DNA from: Candidatus Algichlamydia australiensis
GTDB taxonomy: Bacteria > Chlamydiota > Chlamydiia > Chlamydiales > JAJFMI01
Assembly (NCBI GenBank): GCA_033977065.1
Contig: JAXCHI010000004.1
Location: 224,001 to 288,000 of the forward strand
Reading direction: 5' to 3'
DNA length: 64,000 bases
Part shown: positions 48,064-57,871 of the stretch, piece after piece
How positions within the stretch are numbered: the first letter of the stretch is position 1
How the letters are laid out: the number at the start of each line of letters is the position of its first letter
Notes under the pieces: generated by a model
The model's input: the letters and a program-made list of their open reading frames with translations, nothing else
The model's database searches: none
Told to the model about the DNA's origin: nothing
Program-made: the position numbers and the translations under genes

Positions 48064-49954
48064 AACAAAACGCCATTTCGGAATTGTACTTCTTAACTTA
48101 GTTTTTTGCTTAGGGCTCCTCGTCGCCAGCCAGATGGAACTCTTCGGTTTTGGCCTCATTACACGCACAGATATCGATTTTTTTAAACTCTTTGGTGATG
48201 GAAACAAAGTAACCGAGCAGCAGATTGAAAAAAAGTGGCCTAAAATCGCTGAAGATGGCGTAATCACTCGAAGAAGGGCTTCTGCCTATCTACTCAAGCG
48301 CAAACAAGAGCGCAATCCTCTCACACAGATTATGATCAAAGCGCACAACTACTTCGAAAACTTTTCGCGCATCGAGTTACTAATTGGGCTTTTAGTGGGG
48401 ATTGCAATTTTCAAAGCGCTAATGCTTTTTTTCTCGCGCTACGTGTCGCAAGTACTCTCTATCCGCATATCGAAAGATTTGCGGCAGCAATATTTTGAAC
48501 ACATTCAAAAGTTGCCTTTAAGTTTTTATCAGAAATTTAATATCGGCGCTCTTTCTGCTCGCGTGGGAGGGGACGCCTCGCAAATCGCGCTCTCTCTTAA
48601 TTCAGCAATTACGAACTATTTTCAAACACCTTTTACCATCCTCTCTGCCCTCTCTGTCTGCCTCTACATCTCATGGCGCCTCTCGCTTGTTATTTTTATC
48701 GGCCTGCCACTGATCGTTCTTCCTGTTGTATTTGTTACGCGCAAAGTGAAGCAGATCACCCGTCGTTGGCAGAAGCACCAGGAGCGCTTCTCCTCTGTGC
48801 TCATCGACTTTCTCTCTGGAATCAAAACGGTAAAAATCTTTTCAATGGAAAAATTTTCCATGAAAAAATATGAAGAGCAGAACAATGAGATGGCGCGTTT
48901 AGAGACAAAGACGGCAAAGTATGATCTGCTCACGCGACCGATTCTCCATACCATTACCATGATCTGTTTAGGGGGGGTAATCTTCTACGGCCTCTATATT
49001 TTGAAGATGAATATCTCCGAGCTCCTTATCTACTGTGGCATGTTGCACCTCTTTTACGAACCGGTGAAAAAGTTTGCAGAGGAGAATACCAACATTCAAA
49101 AGGGAGTTGTCGCAGCAGAGCGTCTCTTTGAGGTCCTCAATATGAAGGTTACGACCTCCTCTGAAGAGCAGCAGAAAGAGGAGCTCACAGCTTTTAATGA
49201 AAAGTTGGAATTTGAAAACGTCTGGTTTCGTTATGACGATCGCTGGATTCTCAAGGACCTCTCCTTTACCATTCATAAAGGTGAAACAGTTGCCATTATT
49301 GGCGCAACGGGAGCGGGTAAGTCGACCATTGTTGAGCTTATCCCTCGCCTTCATGAGGTTCAAAAAGGGGAGATTCGCATTGATGGTAAACCTCTAAGTG
49401 CCTACTCTCAAAAATCCATTCGCAAACAGATCGCTTTTGTCTCACAAAAGCCTTTCCTCTTCTTTGATTCGATTAAGACAAACATTTCTTACGGCAAAAC
49501 TCTTCCGGAAGAAGAGGTGAGAGAAGCAGCAAAGAGAGCCTATGCAGATGAGTTTATTGAGAAGCTCCCGCAAGGTTATCTTACTCATCTGGCAGAAACA
49601 GGAAAAAATCTCTCTGGTGGCCAGCAGCAGCGCCTTGCTATTGCGCGCGCGCTTGCTAAAAAAGCGCCTATCCTCATTCTAGATGAGGCAACAAGCGCAC
49701 TAGACAGCCTCTCTGAGCAGCGCATCCAGCAAGCGATTGAAGATTTGCACGGAGAGCATACGCAAATCATCATCGCACACCGTCTCACAACGATCGAGCA
49801 TGCAGATCGTATTATTTTCTTAGAAGATGGGACAAAGATTGCGGAAGGAACAAAAGATGAGCTGCTCGCTTCTTGCACTCCCTTCCGTCTCATGTGGGAG
49901 ACACATTTTTTAAAGGAAACACTGAACAAGCCAGACTTTTCGAAAAAATTCTGA
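48035..49954 (+). CDS. msbA: ABC exporter, MsbA-like
   Basis: TMD plus GATGAGKST, LSGGQQQR, LDEATS; follows accA as in Chlamydiae. Confidence 0.85.
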   Translation: MKLLLKAALRTKRHFGIVLLNLVFCLGLLVASQMELFGFGLITRTDIDFFKLFGDGNKVTEQQIEKKWPKIAEDGVITRRRASAYLLKRKQERNPLTQIMIKAHNYFENFSRIELLIGLLVGIAIFKALMLFFSRYVSQVLSIRISKDLRQQYFEHIQKLPLSFYQKFNIGALSARVGGDASQIALSLNSAITNYFQTPFTILSALSVCLYISWRLSLVIFIGLPLIVLPVVFVTRKVKQITRRWQKHQERFSSVLIDFLSGIKTVKIFSMEKFSMKKYEEQNNEMARLETKTAKYDLLTRPILHTITMICLGGVIFYGLYILKMNISELLIYCGMLHLFYEPVKKFAEENTNIQKGVVAAERLFEVLNMKVTTSSEEQQKEELTAFNEKLEFENVWFRYDDRWILKDLSFTIHKGETVAIIGATGAGKSTIVELIPRLHEVQKGEIRIDGKPLSAYSQKSIRKQIAFVSQKPFLFFDSIKTNISYGKTLPEEEVREAAKRAYADEFIEKLPQGYLTHLAETGKNLSGGQQQRLAIARALAKKAPILILDEATSALDSLSEQRIQQAIEDLHGEHTQIIIAHRLTTIEHADRIIFLEDGTKIAEGTKDELLASCTPFRLMWETHFLKETLNKPDFSKKF

Positions 49955-50075
49955 AAATTGGCCCAAATCGGTTTTTCGAACTCGAAAACTCTTATGGAGT
50001 TACCTCTGTTCTCCAAAACCAATTTTGTCTCAATTTTTAAAATATTTTTGAAAAGAGCACTTGTTCAGTGTTTCC
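49915..50075. mobile_element. MITE with family A-type TIRs and divergent interior, 161 bp, TAAA target duplication
   Basis: TAAA|GGAAACACTGAACAAG...CTTGTTCAGTGTTTCC|TAAA; perfect 16-bp TIR. Confidence 0.9.
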
Positions 50076-50098
50076 TAAAAGAGTCTGTAAAGCAAACT

Positions 50099-50803
50099 TT
50101 AGAGCATTCCCAATTCGCCAAAGCTTTTTTTAAGTTCCTCATTCCCTGGTTTATCAAATGCACCGCTCTTATTGAGCCACTGCACGTAGTTAGCAGGCAC
50201 GCTCTTCAGCGGTTTGCCCGCATGCTTGCCAAATGGCATCACGCGCACCTTTGGCGGTTTTTGTGCGAGTAGGTGCATGACCATTTCAATAGAGAGGTCG
50301 TCAATCATCTGCATAAAAACTTTATGCAGAATGATCACATCATCTAAAGCCCGGTGGGCATTATTTTCTTCAAAGCCAAAAACTGCGCGCAAATGCTGCA
50401 AGGTGTGACGTGGCAAGTCAGGACGATAGCGGCGCGCCCATTTGAGTGAATCGATGTAGCGCCACTTTGGAATCTCTACTCCATGCCTTGCAAATTCATT
50501 TTCCATTAGCGGCTTATCAAAAGAGTCATTATTATGCGCAATCAGCACCATATCCTCGCCGCAAAATTCGACAAAATCCTCTGCTACTTGAGCAAAGAGC
50601 GGAGCGTCAGCGACCATCTCGTCTGTAATATTTGTAATCGCAGTCGATTCGGGGGGAATCGGCATCTGTGGATTGACAAACGAGACGAATGTACGATTCT
50701 CAACAGGATCATATGCTGCAATCTCTACAATGCGGTCACGATCAGTGCGTATGCCAGTTGTTTCTGTGTCGTAAAAAATAGGTCGCAATTTTTTTTTATT
50801 CAT
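50099..50803 (-). CDS. dnaQ: DEDDh 3'-5' exonuclease (DnaQ-like) with DUF3820-like C-terminus
   Basis: DTETTG, AHN..FD, HRALDD, MPFGKH. Confidence 0.88.
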   Translation of the reverse strand: MNKKKLRPIFYDTETTGIRTDRDRIVEIAAYDPVENRTFVSFVNPQMPIPPESTAITNITDEMVADAPLFAQVAEDFVEFCGEDMVLIAHNNDSFDKPLMENEFARHGVEIPKWRYIDSLKWARRYRPDLPRHTLQHLRAVFGFEENNAHRALDDVIILHKVFMQMIDDLSIEMVMHLLAQKPPKVRVMPFGKHAGKPLKSVPANYVQWLNKSGAFDKPGNEELKKSFGELGML

Positions 50804-50842
50804 GTCAAACTGGTCTCATAAAACTTTACTTGAGGGGTTTTT

Positions 50843-51373
50843 ATGAAGAGAATACTACCGCTTATTTTATCATTTGGAGTGCTCTTTGGCACCCCGCAAG
50901 TCTTCTTCTCTCCACAAGACAATTTAGCAGATCGTCTGATTGAACTCATCCAAAAAGAGGAAAAATCGATCCGCATTGCGATCTACTTTATCACCAACCG
51001 CCAAATTGCCAAAGAGCTCATCGAAGCAAAAAAACGTGGTGTGCACGTAGAGATGATTTGTGATCCCGGAACTTATAAAGAGAAATCGGCTGCGCAGTAT
51101 CTTAAAGAAAATGGTGTTCTTGTCTCTCTCTTTGATCCCGAGAAGGGAGCCAAGTACAAAAAAGGCAAGCCAATTATGCACAATAAATTTGCCATTTTTG
51201 AGCGCAATAGCGATCAAAAACCGCTCCTCTGGACAGGATCTTTTAACTTTACCTATGCAGCCACTAATAAAAATAAAGAGAATGCGCTCGTCATTGATGA
51301 TCTCGATACCATTCACTTTTTTGAAAAAGAATTTGACGAGATTAAAACAAAATATACTGCTGCGCCAAAATAA
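50843..51373 (+). CDS. Secreted phospholipase D / Nuc-family protein (single HKD-type motif)
   Basis: VFFSP; MHNKFAIFE; WTGSFNFT; N.EN. Confidence 0.88.
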   Translation: MKRILPLILSFGVLFGTPQVFFSPQDNLADRLIELIQKEEKSIRIAIYFITNRQIAKELIEAKKRGVHVEMICDPGTYKEKSAAQYLKENGVLVSLFDPEKGAKYKKGKPIMHNKFAIFERNSDQKPLLWTGSFNFTYAATNKNKENALVIDDLDTIHFFEKEFDEIKTKYTAAPK

Positions 51374-51394
51374 CTTAAGTAGTAGAATGAGGGC

Positions 51395-51556
51395 ATGAAG
51401 CGCTTTGTAACAATATTACTTTTGGCTTTTGCAGGTTGTGCTCAGATCCAACCTGAAGATACAGAGCTTCGCACAGTGCCAGTGACAAACAATCCCCACA
51501 TCGTGCCACAAGGATCACCTTTTCCAGGTGCTCCTATGCCAAACCGCCCTATCTAA
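51395..51556 (+). CDS. Small lipoprotein, 53 aa (absent from the ORF track)
   Basis: MKRFVTILLLAFAG-C lipobox; RTVPVTNNP. Confidence 0.75.
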   Translation: MKRFVTILLLAFAGCAQIQPEDTELRTVPVTNNPHIVPQGSPFPGAPMPNRPI

Positions 51557-51632
51557 TAGCAATTTTATTAACTCAATCCTCCAATCTAGAGAGGATCCTT
51601 TTAGTGAGATAGTGCCCTGGAATAGAAAATTT

Positions 51633-51977
51633 TTATGCTTGCGCCCTTCGTGTGATTTCAGTATTTTGCTCAACAGATAAAAATTTTCCGTTTTTTATGA
51701 TTGGCTGAATGGACTCATGTTCGTATTCATTTTTTTCAACCCACAGATCATATGTCTGTTGTAAATTGAGCCAAAGCTGTGGAGTTGTATCAAATGCTTC
51801 CGATAGGGCAAGTGCTACTGCGGGTGTTATACTTGCTCTTCCGGATCTAATCTTAAATAGTGTGTTCCGTGCAATAAGGAGTCTGTCAGCAAGCTTTTGC
51901 AGATTTAAATCAAGGGGCTTAATGTAAAGTTCATCAAGAATTTTACCTGGATGGTTTGGTTTTCTTTTACGACTCAT
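51633..51977 (-). CDS. higA: HigA antitoxin (XRE HTH)
   Basis: HPGKIL, ITPAVALAL, WLNLQ..YDL. Confidence 0.9.
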   Translation of the reverse strand: MSRKRKPNHPGKILDELYIKPLDLNLQKLADRLLIARNTLFKIRSGRASITPAVALALSEAFDTTPQLWLNLQQTYDLWVEKNEYEHESIQPIIKNGKFLSVEQNTEITRRAQA

Positions 51978-51990
51978 AATTAAACCTTTC

Positions 51991-52272
51991 CTAATGATAA
52001 TCAATTAAATTTACATCGTGTGCATCGCCTTTTTCAAAGCGAAATATGATCGTCCAGTTTCCATTCACATGTACTGAATAGAAACCCTTTAAATCTCCTC
52101 TTAAGGGATGGAAATTAGAGCCAGGAAAGTTCATGTCTTTTGCGTTTCGTGCCCCATCGAGTAAGTCTAGAATGAGACCAACCCTCTCTGCGTGAGCCAC
52201 CTGAATGCCTGCCTTATTTCCAGACTCAAAAAACCTCTTCAGTCCTTTGTGTTTGAACTTTTTTATTGCCAC
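51991..52272 (-). CDS. higB: HigB/RelE-like toxin
   Basis: IKKFKHKGLKRFF, HPLRG, SVHVNGNW, DYH C-terminus. Confidence 0.92.
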   Translation of the reverse strand: MAIKKFKHKGLKRFFESGNKAGIQVAHAERVGLILDLLDGARNAKDMNFPGSNFHPLRGDLKGFYSVHVNGNWTIIFRFEKGDAHDVNLIDYH

Positions 52273-52288
52273 ACGTTTTCTTTACTGT

Positions 52289-52318
52289 ATTGTAACCCTT
52301 TTGATTACATATTGTCAA
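52289..52318 (-). promoter_or_regulatory. higBA promoter with overlapping operator palindrome
   Basis: TTGACA-N18-TACAAT on the minus strand; IR TGTAACC/GATTACA at 52291-52309. Confidence 0.7.
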
Positions 52319-52487
52319 GGGTCAATTCTAAAACTACCACAAAGTGTTTATTGTAAGCAGATTGATACGTGGTATTTGTACCTGCTTTCACCCGGCTTCG
52401 AGTATAAGTAGGTACAAGTTTTAAAGAAAGTGTTTTCTGTTGCCTTGATTTTTAATTCTATTCCGTCCATAGTGTTCATAGGGTCCT

Positions 52488-53519
52488 ATGGATAAAAAAG
52501 TAAAACACAACTTCCTAAAGTCTGATAAAAGCTCTTGGCTCAAGACGTTGGGCAAGGAAAAGCTGCACGCCATTTTAAATCAAATGATTTTGATTCGCCA
52601 GCTGGAAACACGAGCTGAAGCGGGCTACCAGCAGGGAAAAATTGGCGGATTTTTCCACGCTTACATGGGACAAGAGGCGATTCAAACAGCCGCTGTGAAT
52701 GTAATGGGAATTGAACAGTGGTGGATCACAACCTATCGCTGCCACGCTCTAGCGCTCTTGACGGGCGCCACTCCAAATGAAATCATGGCCGAGTTTTATG
52801 GTAAAGAGACTGGGAATGCGAAAGGCCGCGGTGGCTCGATGCACCTCTACACTGATACCCTTCTCGGTGGATTTGGAATTGTCGGAGGCCATCTACCGAT
52901 TGCCACCGGTGCCGCTTTTTCCATTAAGTACCAGAACCAGAAAGACAAAGTAGCCGTCTGCTTTATGGGAGATGGTGCTGTAGCGCAAGGCGCTGTCCAC
53001 GAATCGTTAAATTTAGCTTCACTTTGGGATCTGCCCTGTATCTACGTTATTGAAAATAACCTTTGGGGTATGGGAACCGCTGTTGACCGTGCGCTCGCTG
53101 CACAGCCCATCGCTGAACACCTAGCCAAGGCATATGACTTAGAGAGTATGACCCTTGATGGAATGGACCTCTTTAACTGCTATGAAGGTTTTTCTCAAGC
53201 CTTTGAAAAAGTGAAAAAAACCTCAAGGCCCATCATCATTGAAGCAGTCACGGAGCGTTTTCGCGGCCACTCAATCTCCGATCCTGGCCTCTATCGCTCA
53301 AAAGATGAGCTAGAGGCAGCTAAGCAGCGCGATCCGATCAACCGACTCTTTGAAGAGATGAAAGCAGCTGGTATGATTACAGATGAAGAGTTTGACAAGA
53401 TGAAAAAGGCAGCAACAGAGATTGTCAAAGAGTCGATGAAGTTTGCAGAAAGCAGTCCTGATCCCTCCCTTGCCAGCTTGGAAGAGGGTGTTTTTGCTCC
53501 GGAGGATAGCGATGGGTAA
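52488..53519 (+). CDS. pdhA: Pyruvate dehydrogenase E1 alpha
   Basis: GRGGSMH, GDGA...N TPP motif, RFRGHSISDP. Confidence 0.96.
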   Translation: MDKKVKHNFLKSDKSSWLKTLGKEKLHAILNQMILIRQLETRAEAGYQQGKIGGFFHAYMGQEAIQTAAVNVMGIEQWWITTYRCHALALLTGATPNEIMAEFYGKETGNAKGRGGSMHLYTDTLLGGFGIVGGHLPIATGAAFSIKYQNQKDKVAVCFMGDGAVAQGAVHESLNLASLWDLPCIYVIENNLWGMGTAVDRALAAQPIAEHLAKAYDLESMTLDGMDLFNCYEGFSQAFEKVKKTSRPIIIEAVTERFRGHSISDPGLYRSKDELEAAKQRDPINRLFEEMKAAGMITDEEFDKMKKAATEIVKESMKFAESSPDPSLASLEEGVFAPEDSDG

Positions 53520-54492
53520 GCAGACTGTTGAGTTGCGCGAAGCGCTGCGCCAAGCACTCGATGAAGAGATGACTCGCGATGATAAAGTCTTAATTATGGG
53601 CGAAGAGGTTGCGGAGTACAATGGCGCTTACAAAGTAACCAAAGGCATGCTCGATAAGTGGGGCGATAAGCGCGTCATTGATACCCCGATTTCAGAAAAT
53701 GGGTTTACAGGCCTCGCAATTGGTGCGGCGATGACAGGATTGCGACCTGTTGTCGAATTTATGAGCTTTAACTTCTCCTTTGTTGCTGCTGATCAGATCA
53801 TCTCCAATGCAATTAAAATGTACTACATGTCGGGAGGACGCTTCTCCGTACCGATTGTTTTTCGTGGTCCAAACGGGGCCGCTGCACAAGTCTCTTGCCA
53901 GCACTCACATTGCGTTGAGGCGCTTTACGGCAACCTTCCCGGCTTATATGTCGTCGCCCCAAGTAATCCTTACGATGCAAAAGGACTTTTAAAATCAGCG
54001 ATTCGCTGTAACAATCCCGTTCTCTTTTTGGAAAACGAGCTCGACTACGGCATGAAGGCAGAAATTCCGGAAGAGGAGTATCTCGTTCCTATCGGAAAAG
54101 CCAAAATTGTCAAAGAGGGGAGTGATCTTACCCTCATCTCCTACTCTCGTATGCTAGGCGTCTGCTTGCAAGCAGCTGAAGAGATGGAAAGGCGCGGAGT
54201 GAGCGTTGAAGTGATCGACTTGCGCACCGTTAAGCCCATCGACCTGCCAACAATTTTAGGCTCAGTGAAGAAAACCCACTTTTGCGTCCTTGTCGAAGAG
54301 GGCCATCTCTTTGCTGGTATCGCCGCAGAACTAGGATTTCAGATACAAGAGCACTGCTTTGACTATCTGGATGCTCCGCTCAAGCGCGTCTGCCAACGCG
54401 AAACACCCTTGCCCTACGCCAAAGGGCTTGAGGCAGAAACCATTCCAAACAAAGCGCGCATCGTGCAAGCCATAGAGGAGACACTCAACTAA
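53512..54492 (+). CDS. pdhB: Pyruvate dehydrogenase E1 beta
   Basis: GEEV..YNGAYKVT, DTPISE, FRGPNG. Confidence 0.96.
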   Translation: MGKQTVELREALRQALDEEMTRDDKVLIMGEEVAEYNGAYKVTKGMLDKWGDKRVIDTPISENGFTGLAIGAAMTGLRPVVEFMSFNFSFVAADQIISNAIKMYYMSGGRFSVPIVFRGPNGAAAQVSCQHSHCVEALYGNLPGLYVVAPSNPYDAKGLLKSAIRCNNPVLFLENELDYGMKAEIPEEEYLVPIGKAKIVKEGSDLTLISYSRMLGVCLQAAEEMERRGVSVEVIDLRTVKPIDLPTILGSVKKTHFCVLVEEGHLFAGIAAELGFQIQEHCFDYLDAPLKRVCQRETPLPYAKGLEAETIPNKARIVQAIEETLN

Positions 54493-55781
54493 TGCCTTTT
54501 ACGCTTACCATGCCCAAACTCAGTCCCACAATGGAATCGGGGAACATCGTCAAATGGCACAAAAAAGAGGGAGATGCCGTCAAAGAGGGAGACCTCCTCT
54601 TCGAAGTAGCAACCGACAAAGCGACCGTGGAGCATAACGCGCTAGATGAGGGAGTTTTAAGAAAAATCCTTGTCCAAGAAGGATCTGAGGCAACTGTCAA
54701 TCAAGCTGTTGCTATTTTTACAGAAAGCGCTGATGAATCGATCGAAGGATATGAGCCTGAAGGTTCTGCACCAACTGCAAAATCTACCGTAGCTGAAGAA
54801 AAACCTGCTGAAGGAGCAGCTGAAGCAGCAAAACCGACAGTGGCAGATGGTCTTGCACAGCCCGCCTTTGTCCCTGAAGCGCCACCTGAAAATTACCGGT
54901 TCGCCTTCCCTACAGGTCGCGCTGGTGAACGCATCGCTGCTTCACCGCTTGCGCGCAAAATCGCTGAGGAAGAGGGCATCGATCTCACCAGTATCAAAGG
55001 CAGCGGACCAAACGGACGTATTATGAGCCGCGATCTCAAAAATGCGCCACGTGGCACCGCCCAATTTGGTACCACAGCTCTGCCGACAAAACCTGCAGGC
55101 AGCTACGTAGAAGAGCCGCTAACGCCCATGCGCAAAGCGATTGGCTCACGCCTCCAAGCCTCCAAAACTTTCATCCCGCACTTCTACCTGCAAGTAGAAG
55201 TGGATGCGACAAACATGATGCAAATTCGCGAGCAACTTAAAGCTGGCGGTATCAAAGTAACCTTTAACGATTTTATCGTCCGCGCCTGCGCAATTGCTCT
55301 TAAAGAGCATCCCGTGATCAATTCTGGATTTAACTCCGAAACGCAATCGATCATTCGCTTTCAAACCATCGACCTTGCCATCGCTGTCACAATTGATGAA
55401 GGCTTGATCACCCCCATCGTTCGCCATGCTGATCATAAAAACATTAGCCAGCTTTCGCAAGAAGTGCGTGAGCTTGCCACCCGTGCCAAACAGGGAAAAC
55501 TTGCTCCTGAGGAGTATCGCGGAGGCTCATTTACCATCTCCAACCTTGGCATGTTTGGTATCCACGACTTTCAAGCCGTGATCAATCCTCCGCAAGCGGC
55601 AATTCTTGCTGTCGGCGGAATCCTCGATAAGCCTGTCGTAAAAAATAACGCCGTTGTCCCAGGAAAAGTACTACCACTTTCCCTCTCTGCAGATCACCGC
55701 GTTATAGACGGATCTGACAGCGCCCGTTTTATGAAACGCCTGAAAGAAATTCTCGAAAATCCCTCTCTGTTGCTAATCTAA
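54492..55781 (+). CDS. pdhC: Dihydrolipoamide acetyltransferase E2
   Basis: TDKA lipoyl site, ASPLAR, DHRVIDG. Confidence 0.96.
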   Translation: MPFTLTMPKLSPTMESGNIVKWHKKEGDAVKEGDLLFEVATDKATVEHNALDEGVLRKILVQEGSEATVNQAVAIFTESADESIEGYEPEGSAPTAKSTVAEEKPAEGAAEAAKPTVADGLAQPAFVPEAPPENYRFAFPTGRAGERIAASPLARKIAEEEGIDLTSIKGSGPNGRIMSRDLKNAPRGTAQFGTTALPTKPAGSYVEEPLTPMRKAIGSRLQASKTFIPHFYLQVEVDATNMMQIREQLKAGGIKVTFNDFIVRACAIALKEHPVINSGFNSETQSIIRFQTIDLAIAVTIDEGLITPIVRHADHKNISQLSQEVRELATRAKQGKLAPEEYRGGSFTISNLGMFGIHDFQAVINPPQAAILAVGGILDKPVVKNNAVVPGKVLPLSLSADHRVIDGSDSARFMKRLKEILENPSLLLI

Positions 55782-55921
55782 GTAGCGTTTACTCTTTTTA
55801 AATTATTGATTAAGAGTTTGCAAAATTTAGAACATTTGATAAGCTGCATCTTATAAAAAACAAAGAACATGTCTAACTAAACGTTTTAGTAAGATGGTTC
55901 AAAACAAAAGAGGTTCTTTTA

Positions 55922-57781
55922 ATGAATAATTTTCAAGCAGCTCCAAGTGGACTTAGTCTTGGTTCTATAACAGCAAATGCAGGAATGTTTTTTGCATCAA
56001 AAGCTAAAGCAGGTAAAACACCAGCACCAGCAATTCCAGCGGTACCAGCGGTGGCTAGAGAGGTAATAGACTCAGCATCAAAAGCAGCAACATCCCCAAT
56101 TAGTGGAGCTACTTCTGTCTCTGACTTAGTTAAAGACAACAGTATATACGCAGTTGTAGTGCTCGTAGCCGTTGTAACAGTCGGTATTTTTGTGATTGTA
56201 AAAAATAGTAAAAAATCTAAAAATTTGGAAAATCAATTAGCAGCAGAAAAAAATGCAAAAGAAGCTGCAAAAAAACTAGCGAAAGATTTGCAAGCTCAGC
56301 TAGATCAAGCAAGTGAGACGAAAAGAGCTACAGAAGACCAAACAGCAGCGCAAGAGCCAGCGAAAGAAGTTGAAGGCTTGGAAACAAAGCTAGCAGAAGC
56401 AAAAGCAAAAGCAGACAAAGTTGAAGGCTTGGAAACAAAGCTAGCAGAAGCAAAAGCAAAAGCAGACAAAGTTGAAGGCTTGGAAACAGAGCTAGCAGAA
56501 GCAAAAGCAAAAGCAGACAAAGTTGAAGGCTTGGAAACAAAGCTAGCAGAAGCAAAAGCAAAAGCAGACAAAGTTGAAGGCTTGGAAACAGAGCTAGCAG
56601 AAGCAAAAGCAAAAGCAGACAAAGTTGAAGGCTTGGAAACAAAGCTAGCAGAAGCAAAAGCAAAAGCAGACAAAGTTGAAGGCTTGGAAACAAAGCTAGC
56701 AGAAGCAAAAGCAAAAGCAGACAAAGTTGAAGGCTTGGAAACAGAGCTAGCAGAAGCAAAAGCAAAAGCAGACAAAGTTGAAGGCTTGGAAACAGAGCTA
56801 GCAGAAGCAAAAGCAAAAGCAGACAAAGTTGAAGGCTTGGAAACAGAGCTAGCAGAAGCAAAAGCAAAAGCAGACAAAGTTGAAGGCTTGGAAACAGAGC
56901 TAGCAGAAGCAAGAGCAAAAGCAGACAAAGTTGAAGGCTTGGAAACAGAGCTAGCAGAAGCAAAAGCAAAAGCAGACAAAGTTGAAGGCTTGGAAACAGA
57001 GCTAGCAGAAGCAAAAGCAAAAGCAGACAAAGTTGAAGGCTTGGAAACAGAGCTAGCAGAAGCAAAAGCAAAAGCAGACAAAGTTGAAGGCTTGGAAACA
57101 GAGCTAGCAGAAGCAAGAGCAAAAGCAGACAAAGTTGAAGGACTGAAAACACAGCTGGCAGCAGCACAAGAAAAGCTAGCAGAAATAACTGAAGAGACAG
57201 AAAAAAAATCAGCTCTGGCCGAAAAAAGCTCTAAAGCAATGGGCCAACTATCAGACAGATCAAAAGAAAAAGAGCAAAAACTTCTAGAAAAAATTGCAAA
57301 TCTAGAACAACAAATAAAATTAAATGAAGCTGCATTAGCGACTGCAAAAGAGGTGTCTGCACAAGAAACAGATGAATTAAGAGCGGAGTTAGATAAAGCT
57401 ACAAAAATTTCTAGTGCAGTTATGGCTCATTCTGATGAAAAAGAAAAACATGGAAGATATGTTTTAAAAGCAGCAGGAGCTTATGGAAGAGAAAAAGAGA
57501 AAATTGATGCCTTAAAAGATGTTTCTGGAAAAAACCTTCTTCAAAGAGTTGAAAATGCACCAAAAGCTACATTAAGAGCAGCTATGGTGGAATGGGCAAA
57601 AGCGCATATGAATGCAGAAAATGCACGAAAAGAAGCTTTGCGTAATAAGAAGCCGCTACCCAAAAAAGCAGGTGATGTTAAAGAGCCGCATATAAATGTA
57701 AGCGCAGTTACAGGGTTAGCAACACCAGGATCTAAGGAGAAACCTGCTAGCAGACTAAAGCAAGAAAAACCGGAAGAATAA
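55922..57781 (+). CDS. Membrane-anchored coiled-coil protein with 17-aa tandem repeats
   Basis: TM IYAVVVLVAVVTVGIFVIV; (VEGLET[K/E]LAEA[K/R]AKADK)x15; GAGG RBS. Confidence 0.85.
   Translation: MNNFQAAPSGLSLGSITANAGMFFASKAKAGKTPAPAIPAVPAVAREVIDSASKAATSPISGATSVSDLVKDNSIYAVVVLVAVVTVGIFVIVKNSKKSKNLENQLAAEKNAKEAAKKLAKDLQAQLDQASETKRATEDQTAAQEPAKEVEGLETKLAEAKAKADKVEGLETKLAEAKAKADKVEGLETELAEAKAKADKVEGLETKLAEAKAKADKVEGLETELAEAKAKADKVEGLETKLAEAKAKADKVEGLETKLAEAKAKADKVEGLETELAEAKAKADKVEGLETELAEAKAKADKVEGLETELAEAKAKADKVEGLETELAEARAKADKVEGLETELAEAKAKADKVEGLETELAEAKAKADKVEGLETELAEAKAKADKVEGLETELAEARAKADKVEGLKTQLAAAQEKLAEITEETEKKSALAEKSSKAMGQLSDRSKEKEQKLLEKIANLEQQIKLNEAALATAKEVSAQETDELRAELDKATKISSAVMAHSDEKEKHGRYVLKAAGAYGREKEKIDALKDVSGKNLLQRVENAPKATLRAAMVEWAKAHMNAENARKEALRNKKPLPKKAGDVKEPHINVSAVTGLATPGSKEKPASRLKQEKPEE
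56369..57133 (+). repeat. 51-bp tandem repeat x15 (VNTR)
   Basis: Unit GTTGAAGGCTTGGAAACA[A/G]AGCTAGCAGAAGCAA[A/G]AGCAAAAGCAGACAAA; 765 bp = 15 x 51. Confidence 0.97.
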
Positions 57782-57790
57782 AAATAAGCC

Positions 57791-57820
57791 AAGGGGCCTT
57801 GAGAAAGGCCTCTTTTTTTT
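57791..57820 (+). terminator. Rho-independent terminator
   Basis: GGGGCCTT-GAGA-AAGGCCTC followed by T8. Confidence 0.85.
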
Positions 57821-57871
57821 GCTTATTTGAGTTAATCTTTTTTTAAATTTAGGAATTTTTCAGGTAGGCTT

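Noticed and set aside
49958..50272. 104-aa ORF as an independent gene
   Set aside because: Made of MITE sequence plus the antisense of dnaQ
56369..57133. Repeat array as CRISPR
   Set aside because: Contiguous coding tandem repeat with no unique spacers
56305..57167. Long antisense ORFs (poly-Leu and Ser/Ala-rich)
   Set aside because: Shadows of the stop-free 51-bp repeat on the opposite strand
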